Origin: an uncultured bacterium
GTDB lineage: Bacteria > Patescibacteriota > Minisyncoccia > Phycocordibacterales > UBA9973
Assembly (NCBI GenBank): GCA_903894955.1
Contig: CAITSA010000028.1
Coordinates: 8,495-72,494, forward strand
Length of the DNA: 64,000 nucleotides
Reading direction: 5' to 3'
Part shown: positions 49,659 to 60,339 of the stretch, one piece after another
How the letters are laid out: each line of letters opens with the position of its first letter
Position numbering within the stretch: position 1 is the first letter of the stretch
The notes under the pieces: generated by a model
What the model was told of the DNA's origin: nothing
What the model saw: only the letters and a program-made list of their open reading frames with translations
The model's database searches: none
Position numbers and translations under genes: made by a program

Positions 49659-51836
49659 ATGGAATTAGGTGATAAATTAGAGGAAAAATTTCGTCTCGAT
49701 ATAAATCAAAAAAAAGCCTTGCATAGGTTAAAGATTTTTTCTGTGGCAGATTTACTTGGGCACTTCCCTGTTCGTTATAGCGATATTAGTGAGATAAAAA
49801 ATATCGCAGAATTAATTCCTGGTGACCTAGCGACAGTTTATGGCAAAGTCTCAAAATTAAAAACTAAAAAAGCTTTTCACTCAAAAATACCAATGGCCGA
49901 AGGTGAAATCGAAGATCTATCCGGTGCAATAAAAATAACTTGGTTTAATCAAGCATACCTCGCAAAAATGATTAAAAATGACGAGAATGTAAAATTAACT
50001 GGCAAAGTCACTCAAGGAAAGAACGGCATTTATTTAGCCAATCCAGAATTTGAAAAATTGCCTTCTATGCCAATAGATATGCACGACACCCTTTTCAAGA
50101 GAGATGGTACAAAAAATACTGGTTTTTCTTATCCAATTTATACAGAAACTCGAGGCATCACTTCTAAATGGTTTTATCATGCGCTTGAAAAAATATTCAA
50201 AGAGCATACTTTGGATAATTTAGAAGATTATATTCCAGATGATATTTTAAAAAAATATCACTTACCTACTTTAAAAACATCCCTTGTTTGGATTCACAAA
50301 CCAAAAAACAAAGATGATGCACAATCTGCACGCAAAAGATTCGCTTTTGAGGAAGTTTTTTGCATTCAACTAGAACGCCAACATGATAAATTTGAATATA
50401 GGAAAAATAAATCTTTTCAAATCAAAAAAGAGACGAAAGAAGTGCAAAATTTTTTAAAACGTTTTCCTTTTGAACCAACGAATTCACAGAAAAAATCAAT
50501 TGAAATAATATTAAACGACATGGAAAGAAATTTCCCAATGTCTCGTTTATTAGAAGGCGATGTTGGAAGCGGTAAAACAGCAGTAGCAGCGACAGCTAGC
50601 TACCTTACAGTACAACAAAGACCTCTCAACAAGGAAGGCAAAATTCAAACCTTTGGAAATTTACAAGTAGCCTATATGGCACCAACAGAAATCCTTGCTA
50701 CGCAACACTTTGAATCATTTATAGAATATTTTAAGCATTTACCAATTAATATTGGTTTGATCACTGGATCCGGCTGCAGAAAATTTCCTTCAAAATTAAA
50801 TCCGAATGGCTGGACCACTATTTCTCGCCCTCAACTTTTAAAATGGGTAGCAAATGGAGAAATACCAATTTTAATCGGCACCCATGCACTTATTCAAAAA
50901 ACTGTAAAATTTAAAAATCTAGCTTTAGTAGTGATAGATGAACAACATCGCTTCGGCACAATGCAAAGAAGAAAGTTGGTGAGGAAGGACAACATCGCCC
51001 CACACCTACTCTCGATGACAGCTACTCCAATCCCCCGTACACTCGCACTTACAATCTATGGAGATTTAGATTTATCACTTCTTGATGAAATGCCCGCTGG
51101 TAGAAAAGAAATAATTACAGAAATAATTACCCCCAACAAAAGAGAAAATACTTATGAAAAAATAAAACTCGAACTAAAAGCTGGTAGACAACTCTATGTA
51201 ATTTGTCCAAGAATTTTTGAAGCAGATCCTGAAAAAGAATTGGCCCTTAATGTGAAATCAGCCGAAGCTGAAGCCAAGATATTAAAAAAGGGAGTTTTCA
51301 AAGAATATGAGATAGGAATATTGCATAGCAAAATGAGTAAAGAAAAAAAAGAAGAAGTGATGCAGAATTTTACTTTGGGGAAAATAAATATCTTGTGCGC
51401 AACTTCGGTAGTGGAAGTTGGGGTCAATGTACCTAATGCGACAGTAATAATAATTGAGGGAGCAGAACGTTTCGGACTCGCCCAATTGCACCAACTCCGT
51501 GGACGGGTCATCCGAAGCTCGCATCAAGCATATTGTTATATTTTTGCAGAAGCAAAAAGCGAGAAAACAATAGCTCGATTAAAAGCTTTAAAAACTGCAA
51601 AAAATGGTTTCAAATTAGCTGAACTAGACCTTACCCTTCGTGGTTCTGGTGGACTCGGAGGCACAAAACAATGGGGTATTACCGATCTTGGAATGGAAGC
51701 TATAAAAAATATAAAAATGGTCGAAGCCGCCCGTGCTGAAGCTATTCATCTAATAGGAGAAGACCCAGAGCTCACTAAATATCCCTTACTAAAAGCTAAA
51801 GTAAAACAAAAAACATCTGAATTCCACTTTGAATAA
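49659..51836 (+). CDS. recG: ATP-dependent DNA helicase RecG
   Basis: RLLEGDVGSGKT, MAPTEILA, DEQHRFG, TATPIPRT, QLHQLRGRV. Confidence 0.97.
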   Translation: MELGDKLEEKFRLDINQKKALHRLKIFSVADLLGHFPVRYSDISEIKNIAELIPGDLATVYGKVSKLKTKKAFHSKIPMAEGEIEDLSGAIKITWFNQAYLAKMIKNDENVKLTGKVTQGKNGIYLANPEFEKLPSMPIDMHDTLFKRDGTKNTGFSYPIYTETRGITSKWFYHALEKIFKEHTLDNLEDYIPDDILKKYHLPTLKTSLVWIHKPKNKDDAQSARKRFAFEEVFCIQLERQHDKFEYRKNKSFQIKKETKEVQNFLKRFPFEPTNSQKKSIEIILNDMERNFPMSRLLEGDVGSGKTAVAATASYLTVQQRPLNKEGKIQTFGNLQVAYMAPTEILATQHFESFIEYFKHLPINIGLITGSGCRKFPSKLNPNGWTTISRPQLLKWVANGEIPILIGTHALIQKTVKFKNLALVVIDEQHRFGTMQRRKLVRKDNIAPHLLSMTATPIPRTLALTIYGDLDLSLLDEMPAGRKEIITEIITPNKRENTYEKIKLELKAGRQLYVICPRIFEADPEKELALNVKSAEAEAKILKKGVFKEYEIGILHSKMSKEKKEEVMQNFTLGKINILCATSVVEVGVNVPNATVIIIEGAERFGLAQLHQLRGRVIRSSHQAYCYIFAEAKSEKTIARLKALKTAKNGFKLAELDLTLRGSGGLGGTKQWGITDLGMEAIKNIKMVEAARAEAIHLIGEDPELTKYPLLKAKVKQKTSEFHFE

Positions 51837-51837
51837 A

Positions 51838-52395
51838 TTATTTATAATCCGGCTTGATTTCTTCTGCGCCTTCTAAGTGACTCGCAATCCTAGCTAAAGC
51901 ATAAAGCAAACTCGAAAGTCTATTAAGGTAAGACAAGGTTTCGTCACTTACCACAACCTGCCCTTCTTCTTTTGCTTCAACCACTCGCCTTTCTGCACGT
52001 CTTACCAATGTACGTGCAAAATCAAAAGTTGCCCCTAACTCGGTTGAGCCAGAAATAAAAAAATTCTTAATCGGTGGTAGAATTTTTTCAATTTCATCAA
52101 CCATTTTCTCAACTCTATTTACTTTTTCTATATCAATAGACAAAGTCGCTCCAGCAATCTCTGCCTGCACTATAAATAAATTTTGTTGAATCTCTAAAAT
52201 AAGATCAGAAAAATTTATTTTTTCACCCTTAATTTCAAAAGTTTTTTCTTTGGTTCTAGCCCGAGCCAAACCCAAAAAAGAATTAGTCTCATCAAGCGCA
52301 CCTAAGGCTTCCGCTACTATCGAGTTCTTAGAAATACTCTGATCACATCCAAAAGTTTTAGTCGTACCCTTGTCTCCTTTTTTTGTGTATAACAT
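51838..52395 (-). CDS. pduO: Cob(I)alamin adenosyltransferase, PduO type
   Basis: YTKKGDKGTT, GALDETNS, ARTLVRRAERR, YLNRLS. Confidence 0.92.
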   Translation of the reverse strand: MLYTKKGDKGTTKTFGCDQSISKNSIVAEALGALDETNSFLGLARARTKEKTFEIKGEKINFSDLILEIQQNLFIVQAEIAGATLSIDIEKVNRVEKMVDEIEKILPPIKNFFISGSTELGATFDFARTLVRRAERRVVEAKEEGQVVVSDETLSYLNRLSSLLYALARIASHLEGAEEIKPDYK

Positions 52396-52417
52396 AATCT
52401 TATATATTATAAATTTA

Positions 52418-52524
52418 TTTAAAATATCAACGTTTCTTCGGTACGGATTTTTTTCTGGTGAAAAAAATCCTGAAGTTCTCGGCTCGACAGCCTACGAAAC
52501 CCCTGCGAAAAGTTATATTTTAAA
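52418..52524. mobile_element. Inverted-repeat element, homologous to 55541-55686
   Basis: Its reverse complement shares ATAACTTTT(C)GCAGGGGTTTCG...GAGAA...GTACCG with the second copy. Confidence 0.65.
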
Positions 52525-52529
52525 GAAAT

Positions 52530-54824
52530 TTAAATCTCACAAACACCGGAAACGCAAGCGAATTCTTTGGCTCCAGTAGTATTGTCTGTTGCTTCATATT
52601 GAGAAAGTTTCGAGAAATCAATTTTGCCGATAGCTTTCGTTCTCCTCTCGTATTCCTCTTTGGTAATTGCCTCATAGGGAGCTAGTTGATAAACGTGTTC
52701 TGAACGTGGAAGGAAGGAAAGCCCACCAATGGAATCCCAGTTTTCATAGACAAAATTGCCAACCGCAAGCCATTCTTCTGGTCCGACATAAATAGTGGCC
52801 GATGGATTGTGTTCCACGAAATGTTCTTTGAGCCGTTTCCATTCTGTTATTAAATCCAAGGCAGAAACTTCATCTTTGAAAATTGCTCCAGCTGGTGCTT
52901 TAACTGGAAATTCTAAAACAAAAGTAGTGGCCAGTGCTTCGGATTGACCAACTTCTGGTAAACATGGCACCCCTTGATCCCGAGCCATTTGAAGCAATGT
53001 ATCAGTGTGAGAAATACGTACTCGGCGAATAAAGTATGGAGCGTACCAAGGATGCATACCTGAACCAACACCTAAAAGCTGTCCAGAATTACCGTGAGGT
53101 TTTACGCAAGTGATAGCGGTAGAAGGATTGATTCCAAAACGCTTGGCATACTTTTTATTTGTTTCAATAGAATCAATTCGAAGAATGTCGAGTACTTTAT
53201 CGTCTCGAATAATTTGATTATCATAATAACCAGTTAGGGACACTCCGAGCAATCTTTCATTTTCACAATTTTCTTTCCATTTCTTTGAAAGATAGCCAAA
53301 ATTGGTTAAAGTGGATTGATAAGTTCCAAGCAAAGTTGCTAATTCCATTTTTCTTTTTAATGTTTCAGCTGTGTCCTTTGGACGAATCACAATACTAGTT
53401 AAATTACAAAATTGTCTGGAACGCAAATAAATTTCTCCGCAAGGATTCATGCCCATTTGCCTCTCATCTTTGATAGCCGCCCAACGACGCGCTGGCACTT
53501 GCTTCTCTAGTCCTGCTCTGTTAAAAATTCCACGTTCTCCAGACTTAGACTTTACTAAAGCAGTCCACTCATTTAAAAATTCTTCAGCCGAAGGCTTGGA
53601 ATTATAAACAGCAGAATTATTGGCCATACTGCGTTGTCCTTCCGTTAAATAAAATTGTCCTTTCTTGGCATCTCGCATTTCAGTGTCTTCTAATTCAGAA
53701 AGAGAGATAAGAGCACTGCGTCGTACTCCACCTGCCACCACAATCATTCCAATCTGACAGATAATGTCATGCATGTCTAAGTTAGAAAGTCGACGACCTT
53801 GTTTAGCTAAAATTTTACGTCTAGCAAATTCCATAAGATCCATCAATGGTTGAGGTCCAGAAGCTCGTCCACCAGCCACTTCCAAGCGCGCACCAGCTGG
53901 TCGAATACGTGAATAATCAAATTTCACATCTTTACCATCAAACCAAGAATTTAAGCCGAACACAAAAGCGTCCGCCCATCCTTCTTTACTATCTGCCACA
54001 ACATGAACGGCTGGTTTTTCTTTTAATTGTTTTTTAATCTGTGGAAATTGTTGAACATTCTCCCACTCAACCGCAAAACCCAACCCTGCCCCACACATTG
54101 AAATATACATAATTTCTCCTAAATCTTGAGTACAGGTAGGAGCGACATAGGAGCAATTATAGGCCCAAACATTTGAATTTCGACAAGCCTTACCTGAAGA
54201 CCACAAAAGACGCATAGAAGGGCAAATATCTTGATTTAAGATGGCTTCTCGAACATCTGTATATTCTTTGACTGTAAGTTTATTCCCAAGGTTCTCTTTC
54301 ATATAGGCCATATAGCGATCAACGGCCTCGATCCAAGTCTCCCTGCGACCTAACTCTGGAACCCATCTCGAATAAAATTGATAAAAAATATATTCTGAAT
54401 AAGGACTATAAAAATATTTACTAGATTCTTCTACGGCTAGTCTCACTGTTTCTGATACTGGTCCGAAAACTGCCCGAAGTTCTGAACGCTTACTACGATA
54501 AAGAATGTATTTTTTAGCAGTTTCAGTAAAGCCATTTTTCATTAATTCTTTTTCCACCAAATCTTGAACCATTTCAACCGTCGGTAAAAATTTTGCTCCT
54601 TTGTGTATAGAAATTAACTCAGATTGAAGTTTTAAAAGATTTTTAAAAACATGACTGGCTATGGTGTAAGATTCTGACTCTCCTCCTTCCTCTGTTACCT
54701 CAAAAGCTCTAAAGACAGCTCGAGCAACTCTTTCTAAATCTAAAGGAACAACTTCTCCAGTTCTTCTACGAATTGATTTAATTTTTTTCAATTCACTTTT
54801 TAAAATTTTTTCTGCTTTTTTCAT
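52530..54824 (-). CDS. nrdJ: Class II (adenosylcobalamin-dependent) ribonucleotide reductase with ATP cone
   Basis: ATP cone (VEMVQDLVEKELM), PSMR, YNC, GGVRRSA, NPCGEI, CNL, TCVKP, C-terminal CVSGVC. Confidence 0.93.
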   Translation of the reverse strand: MKKAEKILKSELKKIKSIRRRTGEVVPLDLERVARAVFRAFEVTEEGGESESYTIASHVFKNLLKLQSELISIHKGAKFLPTVEMVQDLVEKELMKNGFTETAKKYILYRSKRSELRAVFGPVSETVRLAVEESSKYFYSPYSEYIFYQFYSRWVPELGRRETWIEAVDRYMAYMKENLGNKLTVKEYTDVREAILNQDICPSMRLLWSSGKACRNSNVWAYNCSYVAPTCTQDLGEIMYISMCGAGLGFAVEWENVQQFPQIKKQLKEKPAVHVVADSKEGWADAFVFGLNSWFDGKDVKFDYSRIRPAGARLEVAGGRASGPQPLMDLMEFARRKILAKQGRRLSNLDMHDIICQIGMIVVAGGVRRSALISLSELEDTEMRDAKKGQFYLTEGQRSMANNSAVYNSKPSAEEFLNEWTALVKSKSGERGIFNRAGLEKQVPARRWAAIKDERQMGMNPCGEIYLRSRQFCNLTSIVIRPKDTAETLKRKMELATLLGTYQSTLTNFGYLSKKWKENCENERLLGVSLTGYYDNQIIRDDKVLDILRIDSIETNKKYAKRFGINPSTAITCVKPHGNSGQLLGVGSGMHPWYAPYFIRRVRISHTDTLLQMARDQGVPCLPEVGQSEALATTFVLEFPVKAPAGAIFKDEVSALDLITEWKRLKEHFVEHNPSATIYVGPEEWLAVGNFVYENWDSIGGLSFLPRSEHVYQLAPYEAITKEEYERRTKAIGKIDFSKLSQYEATDNTTGAKEFACVSGVCEI

Positions 54825-54828
54825 GTTT

Positions 54829-55416
54829 TTAAATTATTTTAGGATTAAGAGTGTCAAGAGTAGGAAATAATTTCTTTTTCCTACCTACCAGCAGGTGAAT
54901 CTTTTTCTTAATCAAAAAATTATAAATAACGGGACTCAATGTATAGGCAAGAACAACATTACCAAGTAAATGGAAAAAAGTAAATGGGATTTGCCCAATC
55001 AAAGATCCAAAAAATGATTGATGAAAAAATATAGGACCAACTGTCAACCCAGTCAATGCATCAAAAAAGAGTGTCCCCAAAATCGCAAACCGTACATAAC
55101 TCCATTTGTCTGCTTTTCCCTTAGAGGCAACTCTACCTTTGGCGGAAAAATAACTGGCAGACCAGAAACCAATTATTCCATAAGCTAAAGTGGTAAAAAA
55201 AGTCTGTATTCCTAGTGTCCCAGTGATGACATCGTAAAGTAAAATACTTGAAACAGCAAAAGAGAAACCAATAAGTGCTCCGTAAGCTTTACTGAAAGGC
55301 ATCAAGGTCGCCATAATGGGTTCAATATTAGGAGCGCGAAAAGGTATAAGTCGAATCAGTAAACATAAAACAAGGGCTGCGGTGATTTTGAAATAATTTT
55401 TTTCTTTCGCGTCCAT
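54829..55416 (-). CDS. ECF transporter S-component-like protein, putative cobalamin-binding
   Basis: About 5 TM, PNIEP, IPFTFFHLLGN; in an operon with nrdJ and pduO. Confidence 0.65.
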   Translation of the reverse strand: MDAKEKNYFKITAALVLCLLIRLIPFRAPNIEPIMATLMPFSKAYGALIGFSFAVSSILLYDVITGTLGIQTFFTTLAYGIIGFWSASYFSAKGRVASKGKADKWSYVRFAILGTLFFDALTGLTVGPIFFHQSFFGSLIGQIPFTFFHLLGNVVLAYTLSPVIYNFLIKKKIHLLVGRKKKLFPTLDTLNPKII

Positions 55417-55540
55417 GAAGACCATTATACACGAAAACGGTCATCTAATGTACAGTGGATAACTCAATTTATTTAACATTTTTAAGAGAAAATTATTCTA
55501 AACACATAAAAGAAAATAAGACAAGACAAGATTTCGTAGA

Positions 55541-55686
55541 ATAGTCCAGAAACATAACTTTTGCAGGGGTTTCGAGCGCGACGGCGCGAGAATTTCAAAA
55601 TTTTTGATTCTGCGGAATCATGTCGCGTAAGTCCTTATAACGCGACTAAAAAATTTGTACCGGAAAAAGTTATATTTCTGGACTAT
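55541..55686. mobile_element. Inverted-repeat element (about 145 bp)
   Basis: TIRs ATAGTCCAGAAACATAACTTTT / AAAAGTTATATTTCTGGACTAT; right end includes the kinase stop codon. Confidence 0.72.
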
Positions 55687-57332
55687 TTTATGGCCGGCAA
55701 CTCTATATAGAAAGTGGAACCCTTGCCTGCTCCTTCAGATTCTACCCAAACACGCCCTTTATGAGCTTCTGCGATTAATTTTACCGTATAGAGCCCATAA
55801 CCCGTACTATCCACATTTACCTTAACGGAATCTTTACCTCGCCCCCCCTCGGTGAATAAATTCTTTTTATCTTCTTCGGTGATACCTATCCCTGTGTCTT
55901 TAATAGAAAAGATGACTAAACCATTCCCGCCCTCATGAAGCTCGGTAATTATTTTCCCTTCTTTTGTATATTTAATAGAATTTTCAATTAAATTACTAAC
56001 CGCTTCTTTAAGCCAGAAAGTATCCCCTAGCACATTACAAACACTGTCGTTTATGCCTGTTTCCAATTTCAATCCTTTAGCCTCTATTCCAATTTTCTTA
56101 TCATTAATAGTTTGCAAAACCACGTCTTTAAAATCAATTTTCTGCATATCATATTTAATTGTTCCATTTTGCATATTAGCCACATTCAATACCAAATTAA
56201 CTGTTTGAATGCCATTGTTATCAAACTCCAAACCTTGTTCAGCTCTTTTCTTAATTTCTTCAGAAATTTCCCCAAAGGTACCGTCCAACATTCCCGCAAA
56301 AAGTAATTTCATGCGAGTAAAAGAACCTTTCACTTTGTGAGTAACGAGATGCACGAGGCTTTCCCTCTCCTTAAGTAATTTTTCAAGATTAATATTAAGT
56401 TTTGCTAATTCTTCTTTCTGTGCAATTTCTTTTTTGACACTTCTGTTTATGAAAAGCCCAAGTCCTGCAGAAATCACAAGTGTAATAGCAGTGAGAATTT
56501 TATTTACATCACTTTGAATAAAGAAAAATTCTGAACCAACAAGTGCAATAAGCCCCCAAGTTAGTGCTTGAGTTGCGAGAAGTTTTACGTTAAAAGTTTT
56601 GAATTCAACTATAAGGATGCTGATATAAATCATAAATATTACCATACCAAAAAGTCCATATAATTCAATTCCTGAATTTGGCAACCATCCTATTTTTGTA
56701 AGATAAGTTGCTAAAAATTCCATTCCAAAAAAAGAAAAAATGAAAAGTTCAATTCCTATTCCCATAAGAACAATTTGTTTTTTAAAATCAGATGTTATGG
56801 TTCGGTATTTTTTAATAAGCAAAATCAATATCCAAACCATAGCCAAAATACCGAGCGAGGTTCCGTAAATTTTGAACGGGAGAAACTCAAAATCAAAGGC
56901 ATCGCAATTTGTTATATTAAAACCGCTTATATTAAAATTAGTAGTCGCTAAAATTAAAATAGGGGCAAGTAATGTTAAAAAAATAATTTTTAAACGAAAC
57001 TCCACATCTTTTTTTTCAAGAAAAACATAAATAAAATAAATACAAAATATAGCAATAAAACCAAGAATCAAACTGTAAAATGGCCAAATAAAAGCCATTA
57101 AACCTCCATCATTACCCGCCCACACAATAAGCGTTGTAAAAGTCCAGAGTGAAAAAAGAATCGCAATTAAAAAGAGAAGACGGTTTAATAAAAGATGTTT
57201 TCCGTTCCAGAAAATATAAAAACCAAACAAAAGAGCTATAACAGTTGCTGGAATTTGAGCATAGTACAATAACGCTGGAACATCATGAGAGAATAAAAGA
57301 AATATTGGTTTTGGATATAAATAACAAATCAT
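55683..57332 (-). CDS. Multi-TM sensor histidine kinase
   Basis: About 8-9 TM N-terminus, LVTHKVKG H-box, NLIENSIKYT, DTGIG, GYGL, GKGSTF. Confidence 0.9.
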   Translation of the reverse strand: MICYLYPKPIFLLFSHDVPALLYYAQIPATVIALLFGFYIFWNGKHLLLNRLLFLIAILFSLWTFTTLIVWAGNDGGLMAFIWPFYSLILGFIAIFCIYFIYVFLEKKDVEFRLKIIFLTLLAPILILATTNFNISGFNITNCDAFDFEFLPFKIYGTSLGILAMVWILILLIKKYRTITSDFKKQIVLMGIGIELFIFSFFGMEFLATYLTKIGWLPNSGIELYGLFGMVIFMIYISILIVEFKTFNVKLLATQALTWGLIALVGSEFFFIQSDVNKILTAITLVISAGLGLFINRSVKKEIAQKEELAKLNINLEKLLKERESLVHLVTHKVKGSFTRMKLLFAGMLDGTFGEISEEIKKRAEQGLEFDNNGIQTVNLVLNVANMQNGTIKYDMQKIDFKDVVLQTINDKKIGIEAKGLKLETGINDSVCNVLGDTFWLKEAVSNLIENSIKYTKEGKIITELHEGGNGLVIFSIKDTGIGITEEDKKNLFTEGGRGKDSVKVNVDSTGYGLYTVKLIAEAHKGRVWVESEGAGKGSTFYIELPAIK

Positions 57333-57790
57333 TTATTATTGTTTGTATTATCTTGTAATGTCGTGTCAACATTTAAAGAATCCGGATTATTTTCATCACC
57401 TTGGGTATCTGATTTTTTGACACTGGAGGTGCATTCTTCATCCCCAGTTTTTGTTTTTTCATCACAAAATGTTATAGAGCAATCGCGATCATTTAGTAAA
57501 CAAACGTTTGCGTTTTCGCAATCTGTAATATCTACACCACATTCCGTAAACAAATCAGGTTCATACTTTTGCATTTTGGTATAGTAATATTCTGTTGTGC
57601 AGGCGTCGTCTTCACAACCGATAAAACACTTTTCCACGGCTTGATCACACACGCCCTCATATCCTACTAAATAATCATACTTAATCATGAAACGGTAATA
57701 AGAAAATCCTCCGCTAATAATAACAGCTATTATTAAAATATAAGGGAAAAAATGTTTGCGAAAATGTTCAACGATAGTTTTATTTTTCAT
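57329..57790 (-). CDS. Cys-rich membrane-anchored protein coupled to the kinase
   Basis: One TM followed by many Cys; 4-nt overlap with the kinase start. Confidence 0.75.
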   Translation of the reverse strand: MKNKTIVEHFRKHFFPYILIIAVIISGGFSYYRFMIKYDYLVGYEGVCDQAVEKCFIGCEDDACTTEYYYTKMQKYEPDLFTECGVDITDCENANVCLLNDRDCSITFCDEKTKTGDEECTSSVKKSDTQGDENNPDSLNVDTTLQDNTNNNK

Positions 57791-57835
57791 TTGTTGCTTT
57801 TAGTATAACAAAGATAAACTGTTTTGTGAATAAAT

Positions 57836-58750
57836 TTATGAAACAAACAACAAATACGTGCCTATTCCTGTTATACAAATAGCAATAATTTTAGGCCATA
57901 GATGTTTTGCCCCTATTTTCTCAACTGATATTTTTGGGAAAAAGATTGTTAAAAATATTCCTATAGCTAGCACAAAAACTGGTTGGAAAGAATCTGTTAA
58001 TAGAACAAGTGCTACGGGAGCCATCATATATGTGAATGCAAAAATGATATTGCCAAACACATAGAAAGCCTCATTTAAAAGATTAAACGACAAAATTGTT
58101 TTGGAATTATTTTTTATGGCCAGCAAAAAGTCTTCTCGATACGAGCGAACAAATATAAATATTATGATTCCGACTATAAATATTGTTAGATTTTCCCAAC
58201 AAAGTGATCTTACGACATTCTCTTTAAGTGCGACCATTTTTAATACTGTATCACCAGCCGCCCAAAAAAAAGCAGCACCAAGCATGGGTAGAATTACTTT
58301 TCGGCGAAGTTTAAACCTATTGTCTATATCTATCTCAAAAGAGATTATGGTGGATCCAAAAATCACTAACACCATAGCTATTAATTGCAATCTGGTTAGT
58401 GTTTCCCCTAAAATTAAATATCCCAATACACAGGCAAATACAGGCACTAATTGGTAAAATATAATTACAACTGATGCCTCATCGTGTTTTAAAGCTATTA
58501 AATAAAACCACAGCACTAATAAATGAAATATGGCTACTATCACTAAAACTAATATATTGCTTAAGCTAACATTAAACATAGACCGGTCAACTAAAAACAG
58601 AAACGGGATAGCTAAAATAGAGAAAAGAGCAGAAAAAAGAAAAAGCGCACCAATTCCACCTTTAAAATATTTTTCTAGAATTATTTTATCTAAATGATTT
58701 GTGCAAGCGTAGAAAAATGTGCCAAGCAAAGCTATAAAAAACCAAGTCAT
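57836..58750 (-). CDS. EamA/DMT family transporter
   Basis: About 10 TM in two repeats; PVF..VLGYLILGE. Confidence 0.85.
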   Translation of the reverse strand: MTWFFIALLGTFFYACTNHLDKIILEKYFKGGIGALFLFSALFSILAIPFLFLVDRSMFNVSLSNILVLVIVAIFHLLVLWFYLIALKHDEASVVIIFYQLVPVFACVLGYLILGETLTRLQLIAMVLVIFGSTIISFEIDIDNRFKLRRKVILPMLGAAFFWAAGDTVLKMVALKENVVRSLCWENLTIFIVGIIIFIFVRSYREDFLLAIKNNSKTILSFNLLNEAFYVFGNIIFAFTYMMAPVALVLLTDSFQPVFVLAIGIFLTIFFPKISVEKIGAKHLWPKIIAICITGIGTYLLFVS

Positions 58751-58764
58751 AATTATATAATATA

Positions 58765-59670
58765 CTATTTATTAATAAGGGAAACCTTGTACTTTTTTAA
58801 AAAATTTACTGGGCAATAACTCATTTTTGATTTCCTTAAATTCTTAATACCTAAATCCTGTTCCCAATTATAGTATTTAACCCTCTTCTTATCTAATGAT
58901 TTTGCTTCCTCCCAGTTTAATATGTCATAAATTGCCGAATGATGTTTAATATTTGCTTTTGAAAAATGAGCAATTGCATAGTCTCGTGAAATAATTTCGT
59001 ATGCAGTAAACCCAATAAGCTGGTTGTCTTTATACAATGACACAATTTCTATATTTTTATCTTTTATCTCAAGAAATCTTTCAAATGCCTTGTATTCATT
59101 TAATCCAAAATGGTTGTCTATGTTTTTATTTATTGCCCATTTTTTGAACATTTTTTTGCTTTCATCTTTTTGTATTTCCCCTATGGAAGAAATTTTTACT
59201 AAATAATCAGGGTGTAATTTTAAAAATTTCTCTATACCTTTACTCGATTTGTGCTTAGACCATTTATGCATACTACTCAAGTCTTCTGTAGAATAAATAT
59301 AGTCATGGGAATCTAGGTCGGGCAAAATCTGAAATTCCAATTTACTTAAAATATTTGCTACCTCTTCGGGAATCAATCTTAATGAATCTTCTTGATAATT
59401 TTCTTTAGAAAAGATGATTAGTTTATGAGCAGTTTCTGGTATTTTATTTTCTCCAATAAACAAGATATATGGTTTATTGGTAACATAGTCTGTAAAACGA
59501 ACCACAAGATTATTATTCAAAACAGAAATACGTATTTCTCCTTTTGTATCCCATGACCACATAGACACAAAATTAAAATCAGAATATGGTGGAAATTTGG
59601 AAGTAAACTTTTCTATATCTTTTTTGTCTGAAAGTTCTAATTTTTTAAATTCTGGAAATTCTGGAAGCAT
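58765..59670 (-). CDS. DUF2156 / LPG-synthase C-terminal-like (GNAT-fold) protein
   Basis: SDFNFVSMWSW, DYIY..EDL, HFSKAN, YNWEQDLG..NLRKSKMSY.P. Confidence 0.8.
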   Translation of the reverse strand: MLPEFPEFKKLELSDKKDIEKFTSKFPPYSDFNFVSMWSWDTKGEIRISVLNNNLVVRFTDYVTNKPYILFIGENKIPETAHKLIIFSKENYQEDSLRLIPEEVANILSKLEFQILPDLDSHDYIYSTEDLSSMHKWSKHKSSKGIEKFLKLHPDYLVKISSIGEIQKDESKKMFKKWAINKNIDNHFGLNEYKAFERFLEIKDKNIEIVSLYKDNQLIGFTAYEIISRDYAIAHFSKANIKHHSAIYDILNWEEAKSLDKKRVKYYNWEQDLGIKNLRKSKMSYCPVNFLKKYKVSLINK

Positions 59671-59674
59671 ATAA

Positions 59675-60061
59675 TTAAATTATATTTTCTGCTGGATACT
59701 TTGTGCCCCGCTTAATGCAATTAGTTTCAACGTCGGACAACCTAAAGGTTTCAGTAAAATAATCAACAATTTTTTGCGTATCCATGCCATTCTTACAAGA
59801 ATAAACGTCAGCACTTATGAAACGACGTTTAGGAAAAGTATGTAACGATATGTGACTTTCTGCAATTATTACAAATCCACTCCATCCTCCTGGGTCATTT
59901 ATTTCATTATCAGGAGCTAAAATAACCATTGGCTCAGAAAGCATTTTCATACCAAGTTTTTTTGGTAAATCAGACAATACGAAAAAAACTGTTTCTTTAT
60001 TATTTAAAAGTTCAGGATCGCCTCCATATCCGTCAATTGTTATATGTTCACCGAATTGCAT
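59675..60061 (-). CDS. speD: S-adenosylmethionine decarboxylase proenzyme-like protein
   Basis: GEHITID, GGWSGFVIIAE/SHISLHTFP self-cleavage site, DVYSC. Confidence 0.85.
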   Translation of the reverse strand: MQFGEHITIDGYGGDPELLNNKETVFFVLSDLPKKLGMKMLSEPMVILAPDNEINDPGGWSGFVIIAESHISLHTFPKRRFISADVYSCKNGMDTQKIVDYFTETFRLSDVETNCIKRGTKYPAENII

Positions 60062-60159
60062 AGTTTTTTGTTGAGTTTACCTACTCTTTGCCAACACAAA
60101 CCATTGTAACATAACAATAAAATTTGTGAATAGGGTCGGAACTAAACATCTATCAGACC

Positions 60160-60339
60160 CTAACCTCTCATTTTCCAAATATTTAATTCTTGAGAAATTT
60201 TAATTTCATTATGTTTTTCCCATTTCATAGATGCTTCTTTTACAAGCATATCGGTGTTATCCATTCCCCTTGCGTGGGATAGGACATAGGAAATATACAG
60301 ATTTTTTCTTTCTTCTCTTTGTGTTTTTGTTTCTGGCAT
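60160..60339 (-). CDS. Small 59-aa hypothetical protein (not in the ORF track)
   Basis: MPETKTQREERKNLYISYVLSHARGMDNTDMLVKEASMKWEKHNEIKISQELNIWKMRG. Confidence 0.45.
   Translation of the reverse strand: MPETKTQREERKNLYISYVLSHARGMDNTDMLVKEASMKWEKHNEIKISQELNIWKMRG

Noticed and set aside
55430-55686. Cobalamin riboswitch upstream of the B12 module
   Set aside because: No recognisable B12-box motifs. The structured region has TIRs and a homologue in the opposite orientation at 52418-52524, which fits a MITE better.
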